From Promethearchaeota archaeon (GTDB lineage Archaea; Asgardarchaeota; Lokiarchaeia; Sigyniarchaeales; SOKP01), in the NCBI GenBank assembly GCA_013375475.1, contig JABXKD010000031.1:1-39826 (forward strand): DNA of 39,826 nt, read 5' to 3'. Position numbers and translations under genes: made by a program. The stretch's first letter is position 1. Each line of letters starts with the position of its first letter. Below are positions 18,224-27,498 of this stretch, one piece after another. A model generated the notes under the pieces. The model saw only the letters and a program-made list of their open reading frames with translations. It was not told the DNA's origin and did not search any database.

Positions 18224-18943
18224 CTATTTTTTCTGATTCACTCCTGAATCCTTTAAAATAAAGTCTAGTTTTTCTAAAACGAAATTACGAAATTCTAAAC
18301 TATTGAAATCGGTTTTAAAAGATAAGATTTCACTAATTTTATCTCCTTTAAAATCAGAATTTTGCTCAAGCATCCTCATATTTCGTTCTACTATAGCAGC
18401 ACCTAATATTAAGCTATAAATAAAGAAAGTAATCAATCCTGGATTAGAATAATTAATTTCCTTTGCTTCAATTGCATCTTGTACTACTTTTGCTGTACCT
18501 CTTAAATAATTAAATTCGTGGTATTCTTTTTCAAATGGTCCTCTCTTGTCAGAAGGGGGAGATTCTGTCAGGTGCATCATGCTAAAAGCCCCATAATCCT
18601 TATAAGCAAATTCTAAAAAATTAGTAAAAAACTTCATTAAAAGATCAATCACAACCCCCCTATGTTCTTTCATAATTTTGATATTTTCGTTTCGATATTG
18701 ATTAAAAAATTTATTTCGAATAATAATCCACAATTCTCTTTTACTCTCAACATAATTATACAAATTATTTTGGTTCATTCCAAGAATTTTAGCTAACTGC
18801 CGAAGAGAGAAGCCATCTCTTCCTTTTTCTAAAAATAACTCTTTTCCTGCTTCTATGATTTGTTCAAATTGAGCTGCTTTTTTTTCAGGTGAACGACTTC
18901 GAGTTTGTTTTTTACTTGATTTCTTACTCATAAATTTCTCCAT
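18224..18943 (-). CDS. TetR/AcrR family transcriptional regulator
   Basis: IIEAGKELFLEKGRDGFSLRQLAKILGMNQNNLYNYVESKREL HTH. True start may be the second Met (18931). Confidence 0.92.
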   Translation of the reverse strand: MEKFMSKKSSKKQTRSRSPEKKAAQFEQIIEAGKELFLEKGRDGFSLRQLAKILGMNQNNLYNYVESKRELWIIIRNKFFNQYRNENIKIMKEHRGVVIDLLMKFFTNFLEFAYKDYGAFSMMHLTESPPSDKRGPFEKEYHEFNYLRGTAKVVQDAIEAKEINYSNPGLITFFIYSLILGAAIVERNMRMLEQNSDFKGDKISEILSFKTDFNSLEFRNFVLEKLDFILKDSGVNQKK

Positions 18944-18964
18944 TAATTTTATCTAGAGTTGAAT

Positions 18965-18999
18965 TTAATCAAATTTATTTCAAGCTTAATCAAATTAAG
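18965..18999. promoter_or_regulatory. Candidate TetR operator pair
   Basis: TTAATCAAATT at 18965 and 18986 (21-bp period); the second copy lies in the palindrome CTTAAT-CAA-ATTAAG. Confidence 0.4.
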
Positions 19000-19071
19000 T
19001 ATCAATAACTTAAATATAATCTGTATATTTGAAAAAATAGTATATTTATCTAAATAAAAAATTGCTTTTAT

Positions 19072-19956
19072 TTAAATCAAACCTGCTGACTTTAATCCTT
19101 TAATTATCCATTCCACTAACATTTTGTATGTGATCTTACCCTCTGGATAAAAAGAATCTAATTCATGTAATCTATCAATGAAACTGTTAACTACATCTTC
19201 TGTTCTATGATTTTTCTCTAATAATGAAATAAAATAATCTCTCCAAAAAATGTAGCAAAATTTGGCGTACGTAGGAAGGATCTTTGCTGAATCCTCAGTT
19301 AATAAACCATAATGAGAAAAGGCAATTACAGAATAATCGATATTTTTCACTTTATTAAAAGTAGATAATAGTTTCTCTTGAGAAAATTCAGGGGGCATAA
19401 TTGGTGGGGATATAAACTTTTCCCATAAATTTCCTAAAGCATCTCCTAAATACAATATCATATTTTTTTGATCTAATATAGAAATACTACAATTTGTGTG
19501 ACCCGGGGTTTCATAAATTAGCAATTCCATTCCGCCTAGGTCAATTGTATCTCTTTCTTTTACAGGAGTAATATTCTCTACTGGCTCTAAATCTGTAATT
19601 ACCTCTGAGAAGCCTTCATTGTATTTTGAATTATTTTTTAACGATTCTATGGCAGGCTTTGCTGCAAATACTTCAATATTTGGAAATCTTTTTTGAAAAA
19701 CTGTGGTTCCACCAGCATGATCCCAATGAGAATGCGTTAATATAAGGATATCAGGTATAAGATTCAGATTCTTTAACCTTTTTGCAAATCTCTCTGCTTC
19801 TATAGGTCCTGATGTGTCAATAAGAGCTCTCTTTTTAGTTCCCTGCAAAACGTAGTAACTCATACTATACTCGGCATCACAAAGAAATGAATCAAATAAA
19901 TATGTATTGTTATTGAACTTTCCTTCATTTAATATCCAAGGCATAATTATTACCAT
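19072..19956 (-). CDS. Metallo-beta-lactamase fold hydrolase (glyoxalase II-like)
   Basis: ALIDT, THSHWDHAGG, TPGHT, GDALG, SHYG. Confidence 0.88.
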   Translation of the reverse strand: MVIIMPWILNEGKFNNNTYLFDSFLCDAEYSMSYYVLQGTKKRALIDTSGPIEAERFAKRLKNLNLIPDILILTHSHWDHAGGTTVFQKRFPNIEVFAAKPAIESLKNNSKYNEGFSEVITDLEPVENITPVKERDTIDLGGMELLIYETPGHTNCSISILDQKNMILYLGDALGNLWEKFISPPIMPPEFSQEKLLSTFNKVKNIDYSVIAFSHYGLLTEDSAKILPTYAKFCYIFWRDYFISLLEKNHRTEDVVNSFIDRLHELDSFYPEGKITYKMLVEWIIKGLKSAGLI

Positions 19957-19961
19957 TAATT

Positions 19962-22154
19962 TTAAAATCTATATTTTCCATTTAGAATGTTTTCATAAAT
20001 CTCTTCTGTGAGAAGCGTATATTTAGTGCTTTTTGGGAGATAAACATAAATAGGATTGTTTGTTTTTTTGATGTTGAATTCTATTTTTTTCATATCATAT
20101 TTCTGGATTTTATAAGTACTTGTAGTGTTTAATTCAGATAAGAATCGTATAAATATGGGAAGGGCATAATTAGGCAATTTATCTTGTAGCGTTTTTACAA
20201 AATTATTAAAGTCAAATTTATCGTGTTTAACAGTTGCTAATATTGATGCCATACCTGCCCGTCCTTCACATCCTGGGATTTCAACTCCATAAACAGAAGC
20301 GTGGTCGATTTCTTCAAAGGAAGAGATTAAATCTTCAACTTCTGTGGTAGATACATTCTCTCCTTTCCAGCGAAATGTATCACCAAGTCTATCCACAAAT
20401 TGAGCATGTTTATATCCAATATTCCGTACTAAATCACCTGCATTCATCCATACATCACCCTTTTCAAACGCATCATAAAATATTTTTTTCTCGGATGCTT
20501 TTTTATCCGTATAGCCAGCAAAAACGTAGTCAGACCATGCTTGTATAATCAATAAACCTGCTTGACCTTCTTCAACTCTTTGTAAAAATCCGTTTTTATC
20601 TCTTTCAGGTTCATTATTTTCAATGTTATACTTTACGATCGCATATGGAGCTGCGTTATATCCCACGGTACAATCTAAATTAAGATAATTGACAAATGCT
20701 CCCCACATTTCAGTCATTCCGTAGTGTTCATAGACTTCTTTTATACCAAATCGTTCTTTAAATTCTTTCCATATTTCAGGACTAAGACCATTACCACAAA
20801 TCTTGTAAACTCTATGATTTCGGTCCTCTGGAGTTGTTGGTTGATTAAAAAGATAGCGACAGATTTCTCCGATATAATTAAAACATGTAGCATTAAACTT
20901 TTTTATATCTTTCCAGAAATTTCGAACACTAAATCTTCGAGCAATAGCTACGGCTGATCCACCTCCGATAGCGGCTGACAATGCAAGATGGAGGGCGTTG
21001 CTATGAAACAAGGGAAGAGATATATACATAATGTCATCAGGTGTCATATGTAATATAACACCACCCCAGGTATTTATGGAAGTTGCTGTGTACATATTCC
21101 GAATGTGTGCTGCTTTTGGAAGTCCAGTTGTCCCAGAAGTAAAAATATAGACATAAGTATCTTTTCCCTTTATTTCGGTTTCAATAGACGGATTTTCTCT
21201 ACTTTTATCTTCAATCTCTTTTTGAAGTTCGATAAAATCTTCGGGTATTTCAATTTTCCCCTTATCCTTCAGAAAAAAGAGTTTCTCTTTCCCTGTTAAG
21301 CCTAATTCTGATTTTATCTCTTCAAAAGGTTCAATAAGTTCCTCTCCAATAATATGGATTTTTACCGGATTGATAGTTAAGCTATGCAGTAGTATTGAAG
21401 ATCGTTGTTTTGTGTTAATCAAAGCTCCTATGGAACCAATTTTTGACATCGCTCCAATTAAAAACAACAACTCGGGTCTGTTTTCCACGAAAATATTAAT
21501 TACTTCTCCTTTAGTTACACCTAAAGAAAGAAGATAATTAGCATATTGATTAGTGATTTCGTTGAATTCTTTATATGTATAAATGACATCTTCGTAATAA
21601 ATAGCAGCATTACTGGAATAGTGTTCTGCGTTATATTCTAGATGAATACCAAGCGAGACATTGTCGTCTGGTCCAGCTTTAGCATTATTTATTGTAGTAT
21701 TGAAGAAATCGCATAATCTCCAGTAAACAGATAAGAAACCAAATATTACATCCCTATAACTTAAAACATACGGTGATTTTGATTTGTTTTCTTTTTCGGG
21801 TTCAACAGGTCCTATCCACTGAGAAAAGTACTTTTTTAGATACCGTACCATAAAAGAATTTTCTACTCTCGATAATAATTCATCCTTTCCCTTCTCTGTT
21901 GCTTTTAAATAAAGTTCATCACTTTCTTTATATTCTTCAATAAATCCAGAAGTCTTTAATTTATTCTTCCATTCACGAAATAAAACCTCATCCATCCTAT
22001 CAGTAATACCTTTCCTAGAGTCATTAATAAGTTCTTTAAGTTTGTGAGGTCCAAAAACAGCTAATGTAAAAAGAAGAGCATCGTCATATTTTCCTCTGTT
22101 TAACCTCATTACGAATTTTTTGGGAAGTTTATCAGGTATTGTATTTATGCTCAT
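19962..22154 (-). CDS. FATP/FadD6-type long-chain acyl-CoA synthetase with N-terminal wHTH-like extension
   Basis: YIFTSGTTGLPKAA AMP motif, YIGEICRYL, FATP signature DRLGDTFRWKGENVSTTEVE, GRAGMA; about 125 extra N-terminal residues. Confidence 0.9.
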   Translation of the reverse strand: MSINTIPDKLPKKFVMRLNRGKYDDALLFTLAVFGPHKLKELINDSRKGITDRMDEVLFREWKNKLKTSGFIEEYKESDELYLKATEKGKDELLSRVENSFMVRYLKKYFSQWIGPVEPEKENKSKSPYVLSYRDVIFGFLSVYWRLCDFFNTTINNAKAGPDDNVSLGIHLEYNAEHYSSNAAIYYEDVIYTYKEFNEITNQYANYLLSLGVTKGEVINIFVENRPELLFLIGAMSKIGSIGALINTKQRSSILLHSLTINPVKIHIIGEELIEPFEEIKSELGLTGKEKLFFLKDKGKIEIPEDFIELQKEIEDKSRENPSIETEIKGKDTYVYIFTSGTTGLPKAAHIRNMYTATSINTWGGVILHMTPDDIMYISLPLFHSNALHLALSAAIGGGSAVAIARRFSVRNFWKDIKKFNATCFNYIGEICRYLFNQPTTPEDRNHRVYKICGNGLSPEIWKEFKERFGIKEVYEHYGMTEMWGAFVNYLNLDCTVGYNAAPYAIVKYNIENNEPERDKNGFLQRVEEGQAGLLIIQAWSDYVFAGYTDKKASEKKIFYDAFEKGDVWMNAGDLVRNIGYKHAQFVDRLGDTFRWKGENVSTTEVEDLISSFEEIDHASVYGVEIPGCEGRAGMASILATVKHDKFDFNNFVKTLQDKLPNYALPIFIRFLSELNTTSTYKIQKYDMKKIEFNIKKTNNPIYVYLPKSTKYTLLTEEIYENILNGKYRF

Positions 22155-22217
22155 TTGACTGTTTAAGTCCTATTTTTATTCGAAAAATTAAATATAAATA
22201 TAATAAAAACTAGTTTT

Positions 22218-24080
22218 TTAAGGATTTACAATCCAATCTAGTTCTAATTCTTCAAGTTTAGATCGAGTAGGAATTCCGTTCTCATCCCATCCCATCATTG
22301 TGTAGTATGTTTTTATCGCATTTTTAAGTTTATCCGGGTCAATTTTGGTCTCAGAAAGAGCTCCTGAAGTATGCGGTTTGAAGAATCTATCAGGCAACCA
22401 ATCATCCTTCTTTGTAAGACCCTCTCTAGTGTTAAAGACTCTTGTCATTGTTGATATCCTTTCTCCTACTTTCATTAATTCCCATAGTGAAGTATTCCAA
22501 CCAGTTACTGCGTTTACAATTTCAGTAATATGATCGTAACGCCAAAAGACAAAGTAGCACATCAATAGGGCGTTAAATAAATATTTCCAATTAGTAATAT
22601 AAACCACTGCTCGTACCTTCTTTGAACTTAAATCATCCAACTCTAAAGGTTCTAAAATTCCTATAGCACCGTGGTACGCCATAACCCTCTTATGAGCAAT
22701 GGAATAATCATCCAAATTAGTCATGTGCTCTGCTCCCGTAGGTGATAATGCATGACCAAGTCCCATTCCTTGTTTAAGGCGAGGTTCATGCATTGGAATC
22801 TCAACACCCTTTACATGCATAGCGAATTTTTCCGATCCATTTTTCAACTTATCACTAGCTCGTTTAACACCTTCTGCTAATAGGTCACCTAATCCCTCGC
22901 GTTTGCCAATCAATTCAACCATTTGAACCATTGCTTCAGCGTTACCAAAGGTTAATTTAATACCATCAGTATCTTTATCTGTTAAAATTCCCTCCTCATA
23001 ACACTCCATTGCGAAACCAATAGAAACTCCAGTTGAAATTGTGTCTATCGAATATTTATTGCAAATTTCGTTCGCTTTACATACCGCTCTCACATCATCA
23101 ACTCCACAATTAGACCCTAAAGCGCCTAAAGTTTCATATTCCGGTCCTCCATATTTTGAATCAATGTTCCAAGGATCTCCGATTTTAACAACCTTTTTAC
23201 AACGGATAGAACAAGCATAGCACCCATCCTTCTCAAGTCCTAGTGTTTCTTTGATAGTATTAGGATCTAATGCTATGGCATTCGCAAATCCACCGTCCCT
23301 GAAATTTCGAAATGATAAATTACCAGATGATGCAGATTCTTCCATAATATTACCTCCTGTACCAAATTCAAAATATCCCGCATTTCTTTGCTGAAGAGTT
23401 TCATTAAATATTTTCAACACCGCTCTCAATTTCTCTTTATCTACTGCTTCCTGTCTTTGATTACCCCTTACAGCTATAGCTTTCAGGTTCTTAGATCCCA
23501 TAACAGCACCCATCCCAGTACGTCCCGCAGCATTTCTTAAATCATTAATGATACAAGCATATCTCACTAACCGTTCTCCTCCAGGACCAATTTGTGCCAC
23601 ACGGATATGTTCATCATTCAATTCTTCAAGAATTTTCTCTTGAACATCACCAGTAACTTTGCCCCAAAGATGATTTGCGTCTCTTATTTCAGCCTCACCA
23701 TCATGTATCCATAAATAAACAGGATTTTTTGCTTTTCCTTCTACTATAATAGCATCAAATCCAGCGTGTTTTAACTCAGCCCCCCAATGACCACCAACCT
23801 CTGCTTCACCAAATCCACCTGTTAAAGGAGATTTTGCTCCAACACTGTTTCTTCCTGTTCCGGGTATTGCTAATCCTGTTAAAGGACCACAGGCAAAAAT
23901 TAGTTTATTTTCAGGACCTAAAGGGTTAATACCTGCTTCTAATTCCTTTAAAAGATAATAGGCTACAAAACCTTCTCCACCAATATATCTTCGGCAAAAA
24001 ATCTCGTCAAGGACTTCAATTGAGATTTTTTCATTTGATAAATTAACTCTCAAAATATTTCCAGTATATCCATTTACCAT
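22218..24080 (-). CDS. aor: Tungsten aldehyde:ferredoxin oxidoreductase
   Basis: GYTGNILRVNLS, KSPLTG, GPGGE, GRTGMGAVMGSKNLKAIAV, CYACSIRC, GPEYET, DTISTG, YYTMMGWDENGIP. Confidence 0.95.
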   Translation of the reverse strand: MVNGYTGNILRVNLSNEKISIEVLDEIFCRRYIGGEGFVAYYLLKELEAGINPLGPENKLIFACGPLTGLAIPGTGRNSVGAKSPLTGGFGEAEVGGHWGAELKHAGFDAIIVEGKAKNPVYLWIHDGEAEIRDANHLWGKVTGDVQEKILEELNDEHIRVAQIGPGGERLVRYACIINDLRNAAGRTGMGAVMGSKNLKAIAVRGNQRQEAVDKEKLRAVLKIFNETLQQRNAGYFEFGTGGNIMEESASSGNLSFRNFRDGGFANAIALDPNTIKETLGLEKDGCYACSIRCKKVVKIGDPWNIDSKYGGPEYETLGALGSNCGVDDVRAVCKANEICNKYSIDTISTGVSIGFAMECYEEGILTDKDTDGIKLTFGNAEAMVQMVELIGKREGLGDLLAEGVKRASDKLKNGSEKFAMHVKGVEIPMHEPRLKQGMGLGHALSPTGAEHMTNLDDYSIAHKRVMAYHGAIGILEPLELDDLSSKKVRAVVYITNWKYLFNALLMCYFVFWRYDHITEIVNAVTGWNTSLWELMKVGERISTMTRVFNTREGLTKKDDWLPDRFFKPHTSGALSETKIDPDKLKNAIKTYYTMMGWDENGIPTRSKLEELELDWIVNP

Positions 24081-24150
24081 ATAAAACCCATATTTTTTAA
24101 TTTAATTCAATAATATACATTTAAATTCCATCTTACTTATATAGCTTTTT

Positions 24151-25191
24151 TCATTGAATCTCAAGAATAGCTCTTCCAACTATTTTTCCCTGTTCAAGTT
24201 CCTCTAAGACTTCATTAATCTCTGAGAGTTTCGCAATTCTTCCTATATGAGTTTTTACTTTACCCTCTGCAGCTAACTGAATTAATTCTCTCATTTCTTC
24301 AATGTTTCCAACTAGACATGATGTAATATGAAGCCCTCTCAAGATAAAACCAAATGGATTTACCGAAAAGGAACCTTCACTTAAAGCGGGTAATCCTACA
24401 GCTACTAACACTCCTCCACGCCTAAGTAATTGTAAACCGAGTTCAAAACCAGCTACTTTTGATGCTAATACTACACTTGCACTTACGTCCTTAATTAGCC
24501 CTAATTTAAATTTTTTCCTCACTGTTTTTACCGCTTCATTCACATCTACAACTACATCAGCGCCCATTTTTTTTGTGAATTCTAATTTTTCAGGACCAAT
24601 ATCAACTCCAATGACTTTATATCCAAGGGCTTTTGCTATCTGAACTCCATAATGACCAAGACCACCTGCAGCTCCGATAATGGCAATGGTTTTCCCTGCA
24701 TGAATCCCGAATTTCGAAAGCTTTTTGATAGCGCTATACGCTGTTAAACCAGCACAAGCTAGTGGTACATCATTATTTCCGATTTCATCAGGTAGAATTA
24801 CTAATGCTTTTGCCCAGACCACAAAATATTCCGCAAAAACACCTTGTAGTTGCTTCCGATGTGCACAGAGCATAGGTTTACCCGCAAGACAATGTTCACA
24901 TGCACCACACCAATATGCTCCCGCGGTCCCTCCTAAGCCTAATATAACTCTCTCTCCTTTCTTAACATACTTCTCAGCACCAGGACCTAAATCTTCTACT
25001 ATTCCTATAGCTTCATGTCCCAAAGGAAATGGTGTCGGAACTTTTACCCAATCATTTTTTACCATATGTATATCTGAATGGCATACACCCACGGTAAGGA
25101 TTTTTACCAAAACCTCCTCATGTCCTGGAGTAGGTTTTGGTACTTCTTTTATACTTATTCTTCCTATTTCTTCAACTATAGCTGCTCGCAT
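24151..25191 (-). CDS. adh: Zinc-dependent alcohol dehydrogenase (AdhP-like)
   Basis: GVCHSD, GHEAIG, CGACEHC-x7-C, LACAGLTAY, GAAGGLG. Confidence 0.92.
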   Translation of the reverse strand: MRAAIVEEIGRISIKEVPKPTPGHEEVLVKILTVGVCHSDIHMVKNDWVKVPTPFPLGHEAIGIVEDLGPGAEKYVKKGERVILGLGGTAGAYWCGACEHCLAGKPMLCAHRKQLQGVFAEYFVVWAKALVILPDEIGNNDVPLACAGLTAYSAIKKLSKFGIHAGKTIAIIGAAGGLGHYGVQIAKALGYKVIGVDIGPEKLEFTKKMGADVVVDVNEAVKTVRKKFKLGLIKDVSASVVLASKVAGFELGLQLLRRGGVLVAVGLPALSEGSFSVNPFGFILRGLHITSCLVGNIEEMRELIQLAAEGKVKTHIGRIAKLSEINEVLEELEQGKIVGRAILEIQ

Positions 25192-25274
25192 TATATTTCT
25201 TTCTCTTCTTATTAGATCTATAAAATATCGAATTTTTCAACAATATTATTCTAAATAATTGATCTTTTCTTAAG

Positions 25275-25364
25275 TTAGTCTTTGTTTAAAGCTAATTTTT
25301 CAGGATCCATTAATTCTATAGTAACAATGCTATCTCTAATTTCTGAAGTAATTTTATTTCCCAT
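25275..25364 (-). pseudogene. Truncated enoyl-CoA hydratase (crotonase) N-terminal remnant, 29 aa
   Basis: ATG 4 nt after the acyl-CoA dehydrogenase stop reads MGNKITSEIRDSIVTIELMDPEKLALNKD*, resembling the crotonase start pattern E-x-x-D-x-(I/V)-x-x-I-x-L-x-x-PEKLNAL. Confidence 0.6.
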
Positions 25365-25368
25365 AGCT

Positions 25369-26589
25369 TTATTTACCCCACATTCTTATCATCTCTCTTG
25401 AGATTAAATATTTCATTATTTCAGTTGATCCCGCAGCAATTTGCCCTACTTTTGCATCTCTGTAATAGCGTTCTAAGGGATATTCTTCAGAATAACCTAA
25501 ACCACCAACAATCTGAATAGCATCTTGGGTAATTCTAACTGTAGCATCTGCAAGCTTAGCTTTAATGGCAGCAACTGATGCTCTACAGTAATGTCCTTCA
25601 TCAAGCATCCTCGCTATCTGTGCCATAGCTATTCTATTTAATTCTATGTCCATAAACATTTCACTTAGTTTGAATGAAATTCCTTCAAATAAGTAAATTG
25701 GTTTTTTAAATTGAATCCTCTTATGAGCATACTTATATGCAACTTCGAATGCACTTCTAGCTAAACCATTATATTGAGACGCTGTAAAGGTTCTCTCACC
25801 ATCAAGTCCAAACATCAATACCTCAACTCCTTCATTTTCCTTATGGAGTAAATTTTCAACAGGTATTTTACAATTAACAAATCGGAGATGAGAATTTGGC
25901 ATTCCCCTACGGCCCATATGATTATAATCCTTGATAACTTGAAATCCTGGTGTCTCTGTCTCAAAAATGAAGGCTGAAATACCTTGATGTCTTCTAACTT
26001 GGTCATTAGTAACCGCATATAAACAAATGTAGTCCGCAACACTTCCATTAGTTATAAATCTTTTTTCTCCATTTAATATATAATAATCTCCCTGTCTTGT
26101 AGCTCTCAAATTCATTCCTCCTACAGCATCAGAACCTCCCGTAGGTTCAGTTATCCCTATTGCTCCAATTTTTGTACCATCAGCAATACCTGTAAGATAT
26201 TTCTTTTTTTGTTCAGAAGTTCCATATTCAATAATAGGACCAGCAAATAAGCAAGAGGAAGCGCCAAATATAGTTGCGATTGAATAATTAAAAGCAGATA
26301 ACTCTTCACCAAAAATCGTACGATAAAGTATTCCTTTCCCTAATCCCCCAACTTCTTCAGGAATTACTATATTTAGATAAGGTTTCATTTTTCGTAGAGT
26401 TTCTACTGCTAATTTTGTATTTCTTTCCTTATCAATTTTGTCAGAAACGGGTTGTATATTCTCTTTGCACCATTCACGCACTTCCATACGAAATTCATTT
26501 TCTTCTTCTGAATAATAATATAATCTATCGGGCATACAAGAATATCCAAAATTTAAATCTAAATCCTCAAATTGTATGTTTCCAATCAT
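25369..26589 (-). CDS. Acyl-CoA dehydrogenase (isovaleryl-CoA/LCAD-type catalytic Glu position)
   Basis: ITEPTGGSDA, NGEKRFITNG, RIQFKKPI, GGLGYSEEYPLERYYRDAK; GLDGER present and IAAGS instead of IYEGT. Confidence 0.92.
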   Translation of the reverse strand: MIGNIQFEDLDLNFGYSCMPDRLYYYSEEENEFRMEVREWCKENIQPVSDKIDKERNTKLAVETLRKMKPYLNIVIPEEVGGLGKGILYRTIFGEELSAFNYSIATIFGASSCLFAGPIIEYGTSEQKKKYLTGIADGTKIGAIGITEPTGGSDAVGGMNLRATRQGDYYILNGEKRFITNGSVADYICLYAVTNDQVRRHQGISAFIFETETPGFQVIKDYNHMGRRGMPNSHLRFVNCKIPVENLLHKENEGVEVLMFGLDGERTFTASQYNGLARSAFEVAYKYAHKRIQFKKPIYLFEGISFKLSEMFMDIELNRIAMAQIARMLDEGHYCRASVAAIKAKLADATVRITQDAIQIVGGLGYSEEYPLERYYRDAKVGQIAAGSTEIMKYLISREMIRMWGK

Positions 26590-26692
26590 TTAAATCAATT
26601 ATTTTTAATAATAGAAATAGTTAAAAATTAATTAAATAGGTCAATTTAATATCAAATTATAAGTTTGCTATGATAATTCAAGAATTATAATT

Positions 26693-27406
26693 TTATAATT
26701 TTTTCCACCAATGTGGAACTGCTACTGGTTTTAACTCGCTATAATCTAATAGCAAAGTTTGTTCTTCTCCTACCGTGTACGCGAATCCACCAAGGAATTT
26801 CACCCATTTTTTTGGTTGAAGGCCAAACCATCCAAATCTAAGAGCCATTACATTAAAATCGTGAGTAACGAAAATATTCAATCCATTTTCAGAAGAGTTT
26901 CTAACTTGTTCCAGAATAGTATGAGCAGTAGATTGACAATATTCCATAAATGGTGTCCAGACCTCAGGATTATAAAAACCTACCACCCATCGATAATAGA
27001 TATCAAAAAAAGATACGTTATTAAATTCATTCAAAAAAAATTCCTTATCAGTCATTCCAACGCTTTGGAGAGGTAAAAGGTCTCCTATTATTTCGCTTGT
27101 TCCACCAATATTTTTAAATCCTTCATCTATATCTATCGCTGTTTCTTCGCATCGCCATATAATACTATAGAAAATATTGATAAGCCTGTTACTAGGTAAA
27201 TTTTCACCGAATTTCTTAGCAATTGCGTGACCTTGGGGTGTTAATCTTACTTTTTGAGAGCCTTCTAATGCTATTGGTTCATTTCGATGAGAATGCCTTA
27301 AAATTAGGATAATTTTTGAATTGTCAGGGAATTTTTTAAGCCCATCAATTATCTGACGAGCGTCTTCTGTCCAATCACCTTCATTCCATATTTTTTCAAT
27401 ATCCAT
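26693..27406 (-). CDS. Histidine phosphatase (phosphoglycerate mutase/SixA superfamily)
   Basis: LILRHS, LTPQG, S-x3-RCEETA, FVTHD. Confidence 0.85.
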   Translation of the reverse strand: MDIEKIWNEGDWTEDARQIIDGLKKFPDNSKIILILRHSHRNEPIALEGSQKVRLTPQGHAIAKKFGENLPSNRLINIFYSIIWRCEETAIDIDEGFKNIGGTSEIIGDLLPLQSVGMTDKEFFLNEFNNVSFFDIYYRWVVGFYNPEVWTPFMEYCQSTAHTILEQVRNSSENGLNIFVTHDFNVMALRFGWFGLQPKKWVKFLGGFAYTVGEEQTLLLDYSELKPVAVPHWWKKL

Positions 27407-27498
27407 TTTTAGGAAAATAATTCTTGTATTAGAAAATTTTCTATTTCATCATGCTAAAAATGTAATTGTTAGGAGAATTAATAATTGACTTAAATGTT

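Noticed and set aside
24725-25258. 177-aa + strand ORF
   Set aside because: Antisense to the motif-complete ADH; no recognisable domain.
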